20,896 bases of DNA from Archangium sp. Lineage in GTDB: Bacteria; Myxococcota; Myxococcia; Myxococcales; Myxococcaceae. The position numbers were made by a program, and so were the translations under genes. Positions 14,036-20,896 of this stretch are shown here, one piece after another. The notes under the pieces were generated by a model. The model saw only the letters and a list, made by a program, of their open reading frames with translations. It had not been told where the DNA came from and did no database searches. How positions within the stretch are numbered: the first letter of the stretch is position 1; the number at the start of each line of letters is the position of its first letter. The DNA lies in the NCBI GenBank assembly GCA_016792935.1, contig JAEUJS010000455.1:1-20896 (forward strand). Direction: 5' to 3'.

Positions 14036-16057
14036 ATGTGCCCTGATGAGAACGAGTTGCTGAAGTTCGCGAGCGGTGCCGCGGGTGAGCTCCCGGCCCT
14101 GGAAGCGCACCTCGACGGTTGCGAAGACTGCCGGCGTGCAGTGGCGGCGGCGGCTTCAGAGCGCACCCTGCCGACGCAAGCCGTCACGCACACGCTCTCA
14201 CCCGGTCAGCGCGTCGCCCGCTACGAAATCGAGCGCGAGCTCGGCCGCGGAGGCATGGGCATCGTCTACCAGGCGCGCGACGTGACGCTCGATCGCCGCG
14301 TGGCGCTCAAGCTGCTGCACGCGCGCCGAGATGAAGCGGCACAGGCCCGACTCCTCCGCGAAGCACAGGTGATGGCGAAGCTCACGCACCCCAACGTGGT
14401 GCCGGTCTTCGAGCTGGGCGAGTGGAAGAGCGACCTCTACCTGGTGATGGAGCTGGTGAACGGCGTCACGCTCGAGCAGTGGTTGAAGCGCGAGAAGCAC
14501 CGCCGCTCCGACATCATTCATGCCTTCGTTCAGGCGGGCCGTGGACTCGCCGCTGCACACGCAGCGGGCGTGGTGCACCGCGACTTCAAGCCAGCGAACG
14601 TGTTGGTCGGTGGTGATGGCCGCGTGCGCGTGACCGACTTCGGGCTCTCGCGGCCGGGACCTGCGCTCGAGCTCCCGGCGACCGACAGCGCCGTCGTCAC
14701 GCGCGACGGAGCCATCGTCGGCACGCTCGCGTACATGTCTCCCGAGCAGATCGACGGGAAGACGGCCGACGAGCGCAGCGACCAGTTCTCATTCTGCGTG
14801 TCATTGGTGGAAGCGCTCAGCGGCCTGCGTCCCTTCGAAGGAGAGAACTGGGCGCAGCTCGCGCAGGGTCTGGCCAAGAAGCCGCGCCTCTCTGGAGTGC
14901 CGCGTGCCCTGCGCTCCGTTCTCCGCAAGGGCCTCGAGCGAGATGCGTCGCGTCGCTACACGTCACTCACCGCGTTGCTCAACGCCATCGAGCGCAGCCA
15001 GCAGCTCGGGTGGAGCGCCGTTGCCGCCACCGCCGCCGCCGCGCTCGTCGCCGCAGGGGTGTATTTCTTTCCGACGCTCGCTCCGCAGCCGGCGGCGCTG
15101 GGCAAAGACCTCGTTCCCATCGTCGTCGCCAGCCGCGACCTGCAACCCGGCACCGTCGTCACCGCCGACATGCTCGAGCAACAAGTGATGCCGAGGGAAC
15201 GCGTCACCACCTCGTTCGTCGCGCACGACTCGCTCAGCTACATCCTCAATCAGAAGGTCATCGTGCTGGTGCAGAAGGGCGACCCCATCACCTGGCAGCA
15301 GTTCGAGACGGCAGACAAGCCGAGCCTCGCGAATGAGGACTACGTGCCAGTGGTGATGGCCGCGGTGGACATCGTCGACGGCACGACCGTGACGATGGAG
15401 ATGATTCAGCAGCGCAACATGCCGTCGATGTACGTCACCAGCTCGGTCATCAAGCCCGACGCCGCGTCGTACATCGTGGGGCAGAGAATCCTCGTGCCGG
15501 TGCAGAAGGGCGACGTGTTGCTGTGGTCGCAGTTCGAGACCATCAAGAGCAACACATCGATGGTGACGGTGATGGTGGCCGCTCGTGATTTGCCCGAGGG
15601 CTCGGTGCTCAGCAAAGACCGCGTCATGCAGGAAGAGATCCCCGAGTACATGGCGACCAGCTCGGTGATGCGGCCCAGGCAGTCGGGGCACCTCTGGGGT
15701 CACGCGCTCAAGGGCAAGCTGCGCAAGGGCGACCTGATTCTGTGGAGCAATCTGTCCGACGAGATGTTCATGGAAGACGGGCTCGACGCGAACTCGGTGA
15801 CGGAGCTGGTGAAGAAGAACATGAGCTCGCTCGCGCCGTGTCTGCAGAAACCGCCGCTGGGCGTGCCCCAGACGAACATGGTGTGGAGCGTTCATCCCGA
15901 TGGCTCCGCGTTCGACGTGCACCTCGAAGAGAAGGACCTCACCGGCAGCGAGCTCGAGTCGTGTCTCTCGAAGGCGGTCACCGCGCTCAGCTTCCCGAAG
16001 TCGAAGCGGCCGACGGTGGACGCGTCGCTGCAGTTGGTGTTCGCACCGGCGCAGTGA
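14036..16057 (+). CDS. Membrane Ser/Thr protein kinase with an N-terminal anti-sigma (HxxxCxxC) motif, three extracytoplasmic SAF-like repeats and a C-terminal TonB-C/AgmX-like domain
   Basis: Start placed at ATG 14036 (AGGAGG at 14025..14030, 5-nt spacer) rather than the track's GTG 14012. ZAS-like motif EAHLDGCEDCRRAV. Kinase motifs LGRGGMGIVYQA, VALKLL, HRDFKPANVLV, DFGLSR, YMSPEQ. TM helix AVAATAAAALVAAGVYFF. Three repeats of about 85 aa (VPIVVASRDLQPGTVVTADML...QKGDPITWQQFET; VPVVMAAVDIVDGTTVTMEMI...QKGDVLLWSQFET; VTVMVAARDLPEGSVLSKDRV...RKGDLILWSNLSD). C-terminal SLAPCLQK...MVWSVHPDGSAFDVHL...LESCLSKAVTALSFPKS. Confidence 0.9.
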   Translation: MCPDENELLKFASGAAGELPALEAHLDGCEDCRRAVAAAASERTLPTQAVTHTLSPGQRVARYEIERELGRGGMGIVYQARDVTLDRRVALKLLHARRDEAAQARLLREAQVMAKLTHPNVVPVFELGEWKSDLYLVMELVNGVTLEQWLKREKHRRSDIIHAFVQAGRGLAAAHAAGVVHRDFKPANVLVGGDGRVRVTDFGLSRPGPALELPATDSAVVTRDGAIVGTLAYMSPEQIDGKTADERSDQFSFCVSLVEALSGLRPFEGENWAQLAQGLAKKPRLSGVPRALRSVLRKGLERDASRRYTSLTALLNAIERSQQLGWSAVAATAAAALVAAGVYFFPTLAPQPAALGKDLVPIVVASRDLQPGTVVTADMLEQQVMPRERVTTSFVAHDSLSYILNQKVIVLVQKGDPITWQQFETADKPSLANEDYVPVVMAAVDIVDGTTVTMEMIQQRNMPSMYVTSSVIKPDAASYIVGQRILVPVQKGDVLLWSQFETIKSNTSMVTVMVAARDLPEGSVLSKDRVMQEEIPEYMATSSVMRPRQSGHLWGHALKGKLRKGDLILWSNLSDEMFMEDGLDANSVTELVKKNMSSLAPCLQKPPLGVPQTNMVWSVHPDGSAFDVHLEEKDLTGSELESCLSKAVTALSFPKSKRPTVDASLQLVFAPAQ

Positions 16058-16102
16058 ACCAGCGTTGACGGGCGAGGAGCGTGCGAGTTCGCTTGGCAGT
16101 CC

Positions 16103-16909
16103 ATGGCACGTGAGAAGCCGCTGAGCACCGCACGCCGTCTCGAGAGAAGTCTTCCGAAGTTATCGCCGCTGATGCGCGAGGCGTACGCCTCGATGTGGAC
16201 CGACGCGCAGTGCGATGCGTGGGGCCGGAGAACGAAGGGCCCCGAGGTCGCGAAGCAGGCCAACGACTGGCTGCAGCTCGCCGACAAGGCGCTGCGCGCC
16301 GAGGGAGCAGAAGACATCCCGTGGTCGCGGCAGAGACTCGCGTGGGTCGCGTCGCTGACGGTGCAGCTCGAGAACGAGCTCGCGGGGAAGCTGGACGATG
16401 AGAGCTCCGCGGCGCGGCATGCGCGTGACGAGCACCTCGCGGCCGCGAAGCATCTGCGCGCGAAGACGTTGAGCCGCATGTCCTTGCTCGTCGGCGGCAA
16501 CGGAGAGCGCGGCGCGGCGCTGGCAGTGGCGAACAAAGACAGCTGCAACGCTGACGAGGTCGCCTCGACGCTCGGTGCGCTCGCCAACTTGCTGCATCTG
16601 TGGCGAATGGAAGCGCGCCTGCGGCTCCTGGCAGACGAGCTGGGGCTCGATGAGACCGTGGTGCGTGGGCTGCGTGAGTCGAAGAGTCAGCTGGCAGAGG
16701 CCGAGCTGAACGCGGCGAGCCTGCGTCCGTCGCGCGGTGATGGGCCCGCGCTCAACCGCGTGGAAGGAAGGTTGCTCCGCGAGTTGCGCGCGCTGCAGCT
16801 CGCGTTCGGAATGGCGCGCGACCAGGGGCTGAATGCGCCGAAGTTGCCGGTGCGGGCGGCGCTCAAGTCGATCTTCTCGAGTCGGCAGTCCACCGAAGTC
16901 GAGGAGTAG
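16103..16909 (+). CDS. Hypothetical helical protein (268 aa)
   Basis: Complete ORF with consistently high GC3 (read codon by codon) and helix-rich, balanced composition. The competing antisense ORF 16160..16915 is Arg-rich low complexity. No family recognised. Confidence 0.6.
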   Translation: MAREKPLSTARRLERSLPKLSPLMREAYASMWTDAQCDAWGRRTKGPEVAKQANDWLQLADKALRAEGAEDIPWSRQRLAWVASLTVQLENELAGKLDDESSAARHARDEHLAAAKHLRAKTLSRMSLLVGGNGERGAALAVANKDSCNADEVASTLGALANLLHLWRMEARLRLLADELGLDETVVRGLRESKSQLAEAELNAASLRPSRGDGPALNRVEGRLLRELRALQLAFGMARDQGLNAPKLPVRAALKSIFSSRQSTEVEE

Positions 16910-17361
16910 TCGCACGCACTCCGCACGAAGCGACGCTGGAGGCGCACGCAGTCACGCCGGAGGCGCACGCAGTCGCTCGGGAGCTGCACGCAGTCTCGCC
17001 GGAGCCAAACGCAGTGACCCCGGAGGCGCACGCAGTGACTCCGGGGGCGCACGCAGTCGCTTGGGAGCTGCACGCAGTCACGCTGAAGGCGCACGCAGTC
17101 ACGCCGGAGGCCCACGCAGTCACGCCGGAGGCCCACGCAGTCACGCCGGAGGCGCACGCAGTCGCTTGGGAGCTGCACGCAGTCTCGCTGAAGGCGCACG
17201 CAGTCACGCCGGAGGCCCACGCAGTCGCTCGGGAGCTGCACGCAGTCCCGCTGGAGGCGCACGCAGTCACGCCGGAGGCGCACGCAGTCACGCTGGAGGC
17301 CCACGCAGTCGCTCGGGAGCTTCACGCACTCACGATGGAGGCGCACGCAGTCACGCCGGCT
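16910..17361. repeat. Spacer-less tandem array of a 21-bp unit, consensus GCGCACGCAGTCACGCCGGAG. Twenty in-register copies (16942..17361) plus about 1.5 degenerate leading copies
   Basis: I parsed every unit. The core CACGCAGT is identical in 17 of the 20 units. Three are variants: AACGCAGT in unit 4, CACGCACT in unit 19, and unit 5 differs only just after the core. Three unit types occur: A (..GTCACGCCGGAG), B (..GTCGCTYGGGAG) and C (CTGCACGCAGTCNCGCYGRAG). B is always followed by C. The order is A-BC-AA-BC-AAA-BC-A-BC-AA-BC-A. The array starts 1 nt after the stop codon at 16909. Confidence 0.95.
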
Positions 17362-17596
17362 TCCAGCCGCCGCAGTCGCGACTCGGCCACCAGCCCCGCG
17401 CGCCGTACCTGCACGGTCGCTCGAGGCCCTACCTGTCGTGGCCATGCACCCCGGTGTCCGCGTGCGTCCTGCACGGCGAGCCGACGAGCGCGGTGGTGAC
17501 GGCGCGGCACCTCGCGACAAGTCACCGCTCATCATGCGTGGCGAGTTCGCCTTGCGACTCCCGAGCGTGTCTCGTCCAGCCCGTTAGACTCCCGCC

Positions 17597-18031
17597 ATGC
17601 GAGACATCATCCACACGCTCGAGCAGCAGCACCGCGCCCTGGAGAAAGAAGTCGCCATGCTCGAAGGCGCGCTCGCAGCGAAGAGCGCGCGTGGCGTCCG
17701 CTCCGCGCTCGACAAGCTCGAAGGCATGCTCACCGTGCACTTCACGCTCGAGCAGAAGGAGTTCTACCCGCCGTTCCTCCAGCGCGTGGAACAGGCAGAC
17801 CCCGAAGCCAACAAGCTCGTGCTCCTCTTCCACCAGAACCTCGAGCGCATCGCGCTGGGCGTGCTCGCCTTCTTCCGCCGATGGAACGGCGAGCTCGAAC
17901 CCGCGCGCCTCTCCGAGCTGAACGGAGAATGGAAGACCACGCTCAAGGTGCTGTCCGGCCGCCTGCGCGACGAAGAGAAGGTGCTGCACCCCATCTACGT
18001 GCGCCTGTTCGGAGCGCCTCCGACGAGCTGA
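17597..18031 (+). CDS. Hemerythrin-like (HHE cation-binding) domain protein
   Basis: 144 aa. IIHTLEQQHRALEKEV, LTVHFTLEQKEFYPPF, LFHQNLERI and EEKVLHPIY give the spaced H / HxxxE / H pattern of hemerythrin-like four-helix bundles. GC3 is high. Confidence 0.7.
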   Translation: MRDIIHTLEQQHRALEKEVAMLEGALAAKSARGVRSALDKLEGMLTVHFTLEQKEFYPPFLQRVEQADPEANKLVLLFHQNLERIALGVLAFFRRWNGELEPARLSELNGEWKTTLKVLSGRLRDEEKVLHPIYVRLFGAPPTS

Positions 18032-18808
18032 TCAATCCTCATCGACGAGCGGCGGCGGAGACGACTCACTCGCACCCAACACCGCCGCCGTGATGGCGCC
18101 CGACACGCCCAGCCCAATCGCCACGCTCCCCGTGCCGAGCAGCGCGTTCGCGGCTCCCGCACGCTCGAGCGCCTGTGGCCGCGTCAGCGTCGTCACCACC
18201 GGCTGCTCCGCGAGCGCGGCGTCGAGCTGACCCTTCGCCACCGCACCGGCGATGAGCAGCGCGATGCCCACCACGCCTACGCCGAGCGACGTGAAGCCGA
18301 TGACCTTCGGCGCCGCAGACGGAGCGGCACGCGACGTGTCCACCCACTCGGGCTGCGGCACGACCTTCACGGGCGGCTTCTCGACCTCGGGCTTCGGGTT
18401 CTCCGCGACCGGCGCGTCCTTCAACAGCCGCGTCGAGAGCTGATGCGCGAACACCTGCGCCTCGGGGCTGCGCTCGAACTTCTCCACGTTGCTCACGAGG
18501 AACGTCTGCTGCAACACGACGGCCTCTCCATCGACGGCGTCGAGGTCCACCGTCACGCCCTTCTTGCTCTTCACGATGGTCATGCCGACCACCACGCGCT
18601 TCCGCTCGCGCGCCAGCGACTGCAGACAGGCGCGGTCCGCACACGTCTCGTTGACGACCTCGGCCTTCACGCTGACGTCCTCGAGCGCCTTCGCCAACTT
18701 CGTCCGCAGCTCCGCTCCTGCGGGAGCAGGAAGGCCGAGCGTCGAGCGTTCCACCACCACCACGTCGGCGGCGGCAGAGACGATGAGCGTGAGGGCGAGC
18801 GCGAACAT
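18032..18808 (-). CDS. Secreted/membrane-anchored hypothetical protein (signal peptide, Pro/Lys/Glu linker, two C-terminal hydrophobic helices), co-transcribed with the upstream kinase
   Basis: Start placed at ATG 18808 (MFALALTLIVSAAADVVVV), 5 nt after the kinase stop (18814..18816). Linker ENPKPEVEKPPVKVVPQPEW. Hydrophobic helices VIGFTSLGVGVVGIALLIAGAVA and GTGSVAIGLGVSGAITAAVLGA. The track's 18862 start would overlap the kinase gene. Confidence 0.65.
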   Translation of the reverse strand: MFALALTLIVSAAADVVVVERSTLGLPAPAGAELRTKLAKALEDVSVKAEVVNETCADRACLQSLARERKRVVVGMTIVKSKKGVTVDLDAVDGEAVVLQQTFLVSNVEKFERSPEAQVFAHQLSTRLLKDAPVAENPKPEVEKPPVKVVPQPEWVDTSRAAPSAAPKVIGFTSLGVGVVGIALLIAGAVAKGQLDAALAEQPVVTTLTRPQALERAGAANALLGTGSVAIGLGVSGAITAAVLGASESSPPPLVDED

Positions 18809-18813
18809 GGTGG

Positions 18814-20817
18814 TCACTTCTTGAAGAACGTCTTCTCGATGTCCGCCAACTCGGACCAGCACTTGTCGGGCGCCGCGCTGCAGTAGCGCGCCTCGTCGAG
18901 CTGCAACTTCGCTGCGCGTCGCAGGTCTTCCGGCAACGTCTTCGCGCGCTGATTCAGCTCACGCCACTTCTTGTTCACGTCCTTCTGCGTGTGCCGCTCC
19001 GCCTTCGCCGGAGCCTTCGGTTTGGGGGGCTGCGGCTCGGGTTTCACCACCTCGACCGGCTCCGGCTTCACCACCTGGACCGGCTCGGGCTTCTCCACTT
19101 CGACCGGCGGAGGCAGCTCGACCACCGGCTTCACTGGAGGCCGCGGTGTCTCATCAGGAAGACGCAGCGCGACGAACGCACCGCCAAGCACCGCAATCAC
19201 ACACACCAGCGCGACAGGCACTTTCCAGCTGCCGCCACCCTGAGAGGGATGTTCATCGGTGGTCTCGCGCGACGCCGCATCGGCAGCGGGCGCCACGGGA
19301 CGCACGCGCGTGGGAACGACTCCGGCCGCGAGCGCTTCGCCCAGCCGCTCGAGCTGCTCCTTCACTTCCTGCGCGGACGCGGGCCGTTTCTGCGGGTCTT
19401 TCTCGAGCAGCCGCATCACCAACTTGTCGAACTCCACCGGCACCTGCGGAGCCGACGTGCGCAACGGCCTGGGCGCCAACGTGCGATGCGCGTCGAGCAG
19501 CTCGTGCAGGTTCGCCGAGGTGAACGGCGGATGACCACTGAGCATCTCGTACAGCACACAGCCGAAGCTGTAGAGGTCGGTGTACGGCCCGACGTTCTCT
19601 CCGCGCGCCTGCTCGGGAGCGACGTACAGCGGCGTGCCTCCCACGCTCGTCTGCCGCAGCGAACGCGCGCCCTTCTCACCGCGCCGCGCGAGCCCGAAGT
19701 CGAGCAGCTTGGGAAACACCGAGCCGTCGTGGAGCTTCAGCAGGAACACGTTGCCTGGCTTCAGGTCGCGGTGAATCACGCCCGCGGCGTGCGCAGCGCC
19801 GAGCCCGCTGAGCATCGGAATGCAGATGGACAACGTTTCCTTCGGGCTGAGCGGCGCGCGCTCGGCCAGCACCTGCTCGAGCGATTGTCCCTCGAGCAGC
19901 TCCATCACCAGGAAGGCGTCGCCCGCGGGGGTCTCGCCGAAGCTGAAGACGTCGATGATGTTCGGGTGCCGCGCGATGGACAGCGAGCGCGCTTCCTCGA
20001 GGAAGCGACGCGCGTGGTCGGGGTCATTCGCGTACTCGCGGCGCAGCAACTTGATGGCGACGGGCCGGCCGATGACGGGGTGCTCTCCGCGGTACACGAC
20101 GCCCATGCCCCCGGTGCCGAGCGGAGCGAGGACGCGGTACTCGCCCAACATCGCGCCGATGAGTGGGTCGGTCGCGCTGCTGATGGCGCGCACCGTCGTC
20201 ACTTCGAGCGGAGCCGCCGGCACATCAGGGCCCGTCACCAGCTCCGGCTGACGTCGCACGGCCGGAGGATCGACGATGGCCGGGTTGGCGCGAATCACCG
20301 CGGGCCGTCGCTGCGTGGCATCGGCATCACCCGGCTCCGCCCACGGCACTTCATGGCGACCCGTCAGCTGATCTCGCTGAACGGTGGAATCGAGACCGGC
20401 GTCCACTCCCGCGTGCGTCGGAGGCGGAACGATGTCGCGCGAGTGTCGACGCACGGTCCGCTCGAACGCGCCTTCCTCGCTCGGAGGCGGAACGAGGTCG
20501 CGCGAGTGCCGACGCACGGCTGAATCAGCAGGCGAGCCGGCTGCGTGACGCGGGTCCAACGGTGCACCTTTGTCTCCCGCATCTCCCGCGTGCGCGGCGT
20601 GTTGTGTCGTCGAGACCTCACGTGACTGACGTCGCGCGTTCGGGAGCGCGGCCTCTCGCACCGTCGGCGCGTGCGGCTCCTCGTCGATGGTGAGCGCCGC
20701 GTGCGCAGGCCGCGCCATGGACGGGTCGGTCGGTGCGTCTCCGCGCGCGGCCTTCAGGCGCTCCAGAACACCGTCATCGTGTGCGTCGTCGGTGGCCATC
20801 AGAGTTTGTTGAACCAC
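18814..20817 (-). CDS. Membrane Ser/Thr protein kinase with a long disordered N-terminus and a Pro-rich extracytoplasmic C-terminus
   Basis: Kinase motifs LGTGGMGVVYRG, VAIKLL, HRDLKPGNVFL, DFGLAR, YVAPEQ. TM helix VPVALVCVIAVLGGAFVAL. The C-terminal region contains VEVEKPEP/VQVVKPEP/VEVVKPEP repeats. The start is ambiguous: GTG 20817 or ATG 20799 (MATDDAHDD), neither with an obvious SD. Confidence 0.9.
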   Translation of the reverse strand: MVQQTLMATDDAHDDGVLERLKAARGDAPTDPSMARPAHAALTIDEEPHAPTVREAALPNARRQSREVSTTQHAAHAGDAGDKGAPLDPRHAAGSPADSAVRRHSRDLVPPPSEEGAFERTVRRHSRDIVPPPTHAGVDAGLDSTVQRDQLTGRHEVPWAEPGDADATQRRPAVIRANPAIVDPPAVRRQPELVTGPDVPAAPLEVTTVRAISSATDPLIGAMLGEYRVLAPLGTGGMGVVYRGEHPVIGRPVAIKLLRREYANDPDHARRFLEEARSLSIARHPNIIDVFSFGETPAGDAFLVMELLEGQSLEQVLAERAPLSPKETLSICIPMLSGLGAAHAAGVIHRDLKPGNVFLLKLHDGSVFPKLLDFGLARRGEKGARSLRQTSVGGTPLYVAPEQARGENVGPYTDLYSFGCVLYEMLSGHPPFTSANLHELLDAHRTLAPRPLRTSAPQVPVEFDKLVMRLLEKDPQKRPASAQEVKEQLERLGEALAAGVVPTRVRPVAPAADAASRETTDEHPSQGGGSWKVPVALVCVIAVLGGAFVALRLPDETPRPPVKPVVELPPPVEVEKPEPVQVVKPEPVEVVKPEPQPPKPKAPAKAERHTQKDVNKKWRELNQRAKTLPEDLRRAAKLQLDEARYCSAAPDKCWSELADIEKTFFKK

Positions 20818-20896
20818 GGAGAGCGCGCCACTCCCGGCGATGGCGGCAAGGAACCTGAGATGAAGACCGTCACCACGCCCGCGTCACCGCCAGGCA

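Noticed and set aside
14963-16915. Minus-strand ORFs 14963..15922 (319 aa), 15892..16587 (231 aa) and 16160..16915 (251 aa)
   Set aside because: They are shadow ORFs opposite the kinase/SAF gene and the 16103..16909 gene, with Arg/His/Leu or Ser/Ala-rich composition and no motifs.
16910-17361. Possible CRISPR array
   Set aside because: The repeats are directly adjacent with no unique spacers, the unit is only 21 bp, and there are no cas genes in the window. This is a tandem minisatellite, not a CRISPR.
17530-17596. Possible promoter/leaderless arrangement upstream of the hemerythrin-like gene (TAGACT 6 nt before the ATG)
   Set aside because: TAGACT matches the -10 consensus at only 4 of 6 positions, and there is no acceptable -35 at the right spacing. 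This is speculative without transcript mapping.
16687-17921. Four ORFs running through the 21-bp repeat array (16833..17921 +, 17014..17499 +, 16687..17535 -, 16863..17291 -)
   Set aside because: A repeat length of 21 bp (a multiple of 3) with no stop triplets in the unit keeps all frames open automatically. The flanks of each ORF are low-complexity Arg/Ser/Ala/Gly sequence. The plus 'HAVTPEA' frame only acquires a start (GTG) inside the array. The minus frame overlaps the neighbouring gene's 3' end. Translation is not formally excluded; see the finding.
18991-20523. 510-aa plus-strand ORF (and 19146..19523, 19259..19534, 19820..20251) opposite the second kinase
   Set aside because: Arg/His/Leu-rich shadow ORFs. 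The minus strand carries all Hanks kinase subdomain motifs.
20860-20896. Possible start of a divergent plus-strand gene (ATG 20860: MKTVTTPASPPG...) at the right edge
   Set aside because: Only 12 codons are visible, with a weak AAGGA about 9 nt upstream. That is too little sequence to support a call.

Overview
Very GC-rich bacterial DNA. Real genes have G/C at almost every third codon position, and long Arg/Ala/Gly-rich shadow ORFs lie on the opposite strand. Gene content suggests a Myxococcota-like genome (two Hanks-type Ser/Thr kinases, a kinase-linked ECF sigma factor, SAF and TPR proteins), but that is inference only. I support 19 protein-coding genes and see no tRNA, rRNA, IS element or CRISPR array. 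The main result is a six-gene, same-strand cluster on the minus strand (7853..13218). It encodes, in order, a small 4-Cys protein, a compact ABC-type ATPase and a 188-aa TOPRIM-like protein (a split OLD/AbiL/PARIS-style pair). These are followed by a full-length homolog of the eukaryotic major vault protein (MVP), a protein with a histone-H1-like Lys-rich tail, and a diiron ferritin-like protein. I propose the last three genes form an uncharacterised bacterial vault-like compartment module with candidate cargo or accessory proteins, next to a candidate defence pair. The second notable item is a spacer-less array of about 20 tandem 21-bp repeats (16910..17361) with higher-order A/B-C structure, in a 687-bp gap (16910..17596) with no convincing gene. 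Other content: a partial cyclase-type sensor gene; a translationally coupled trio (DUF4175-like coiled-coil membrane protein, TPR/HExxH peptidase, small Cys-rich secreted protein); a GH1 lipoprotein; an ECF sigma factor with an anti-sigma-motif/kinase/3xSAF fusion protein, separated by a 17-bp perfect inverted repeat; a hemerythrin-like protein; and a second kinase with a co-transcribed membrane protein. All family assignments come from reading motifs by eye and from remembered sequences. No searches were run.
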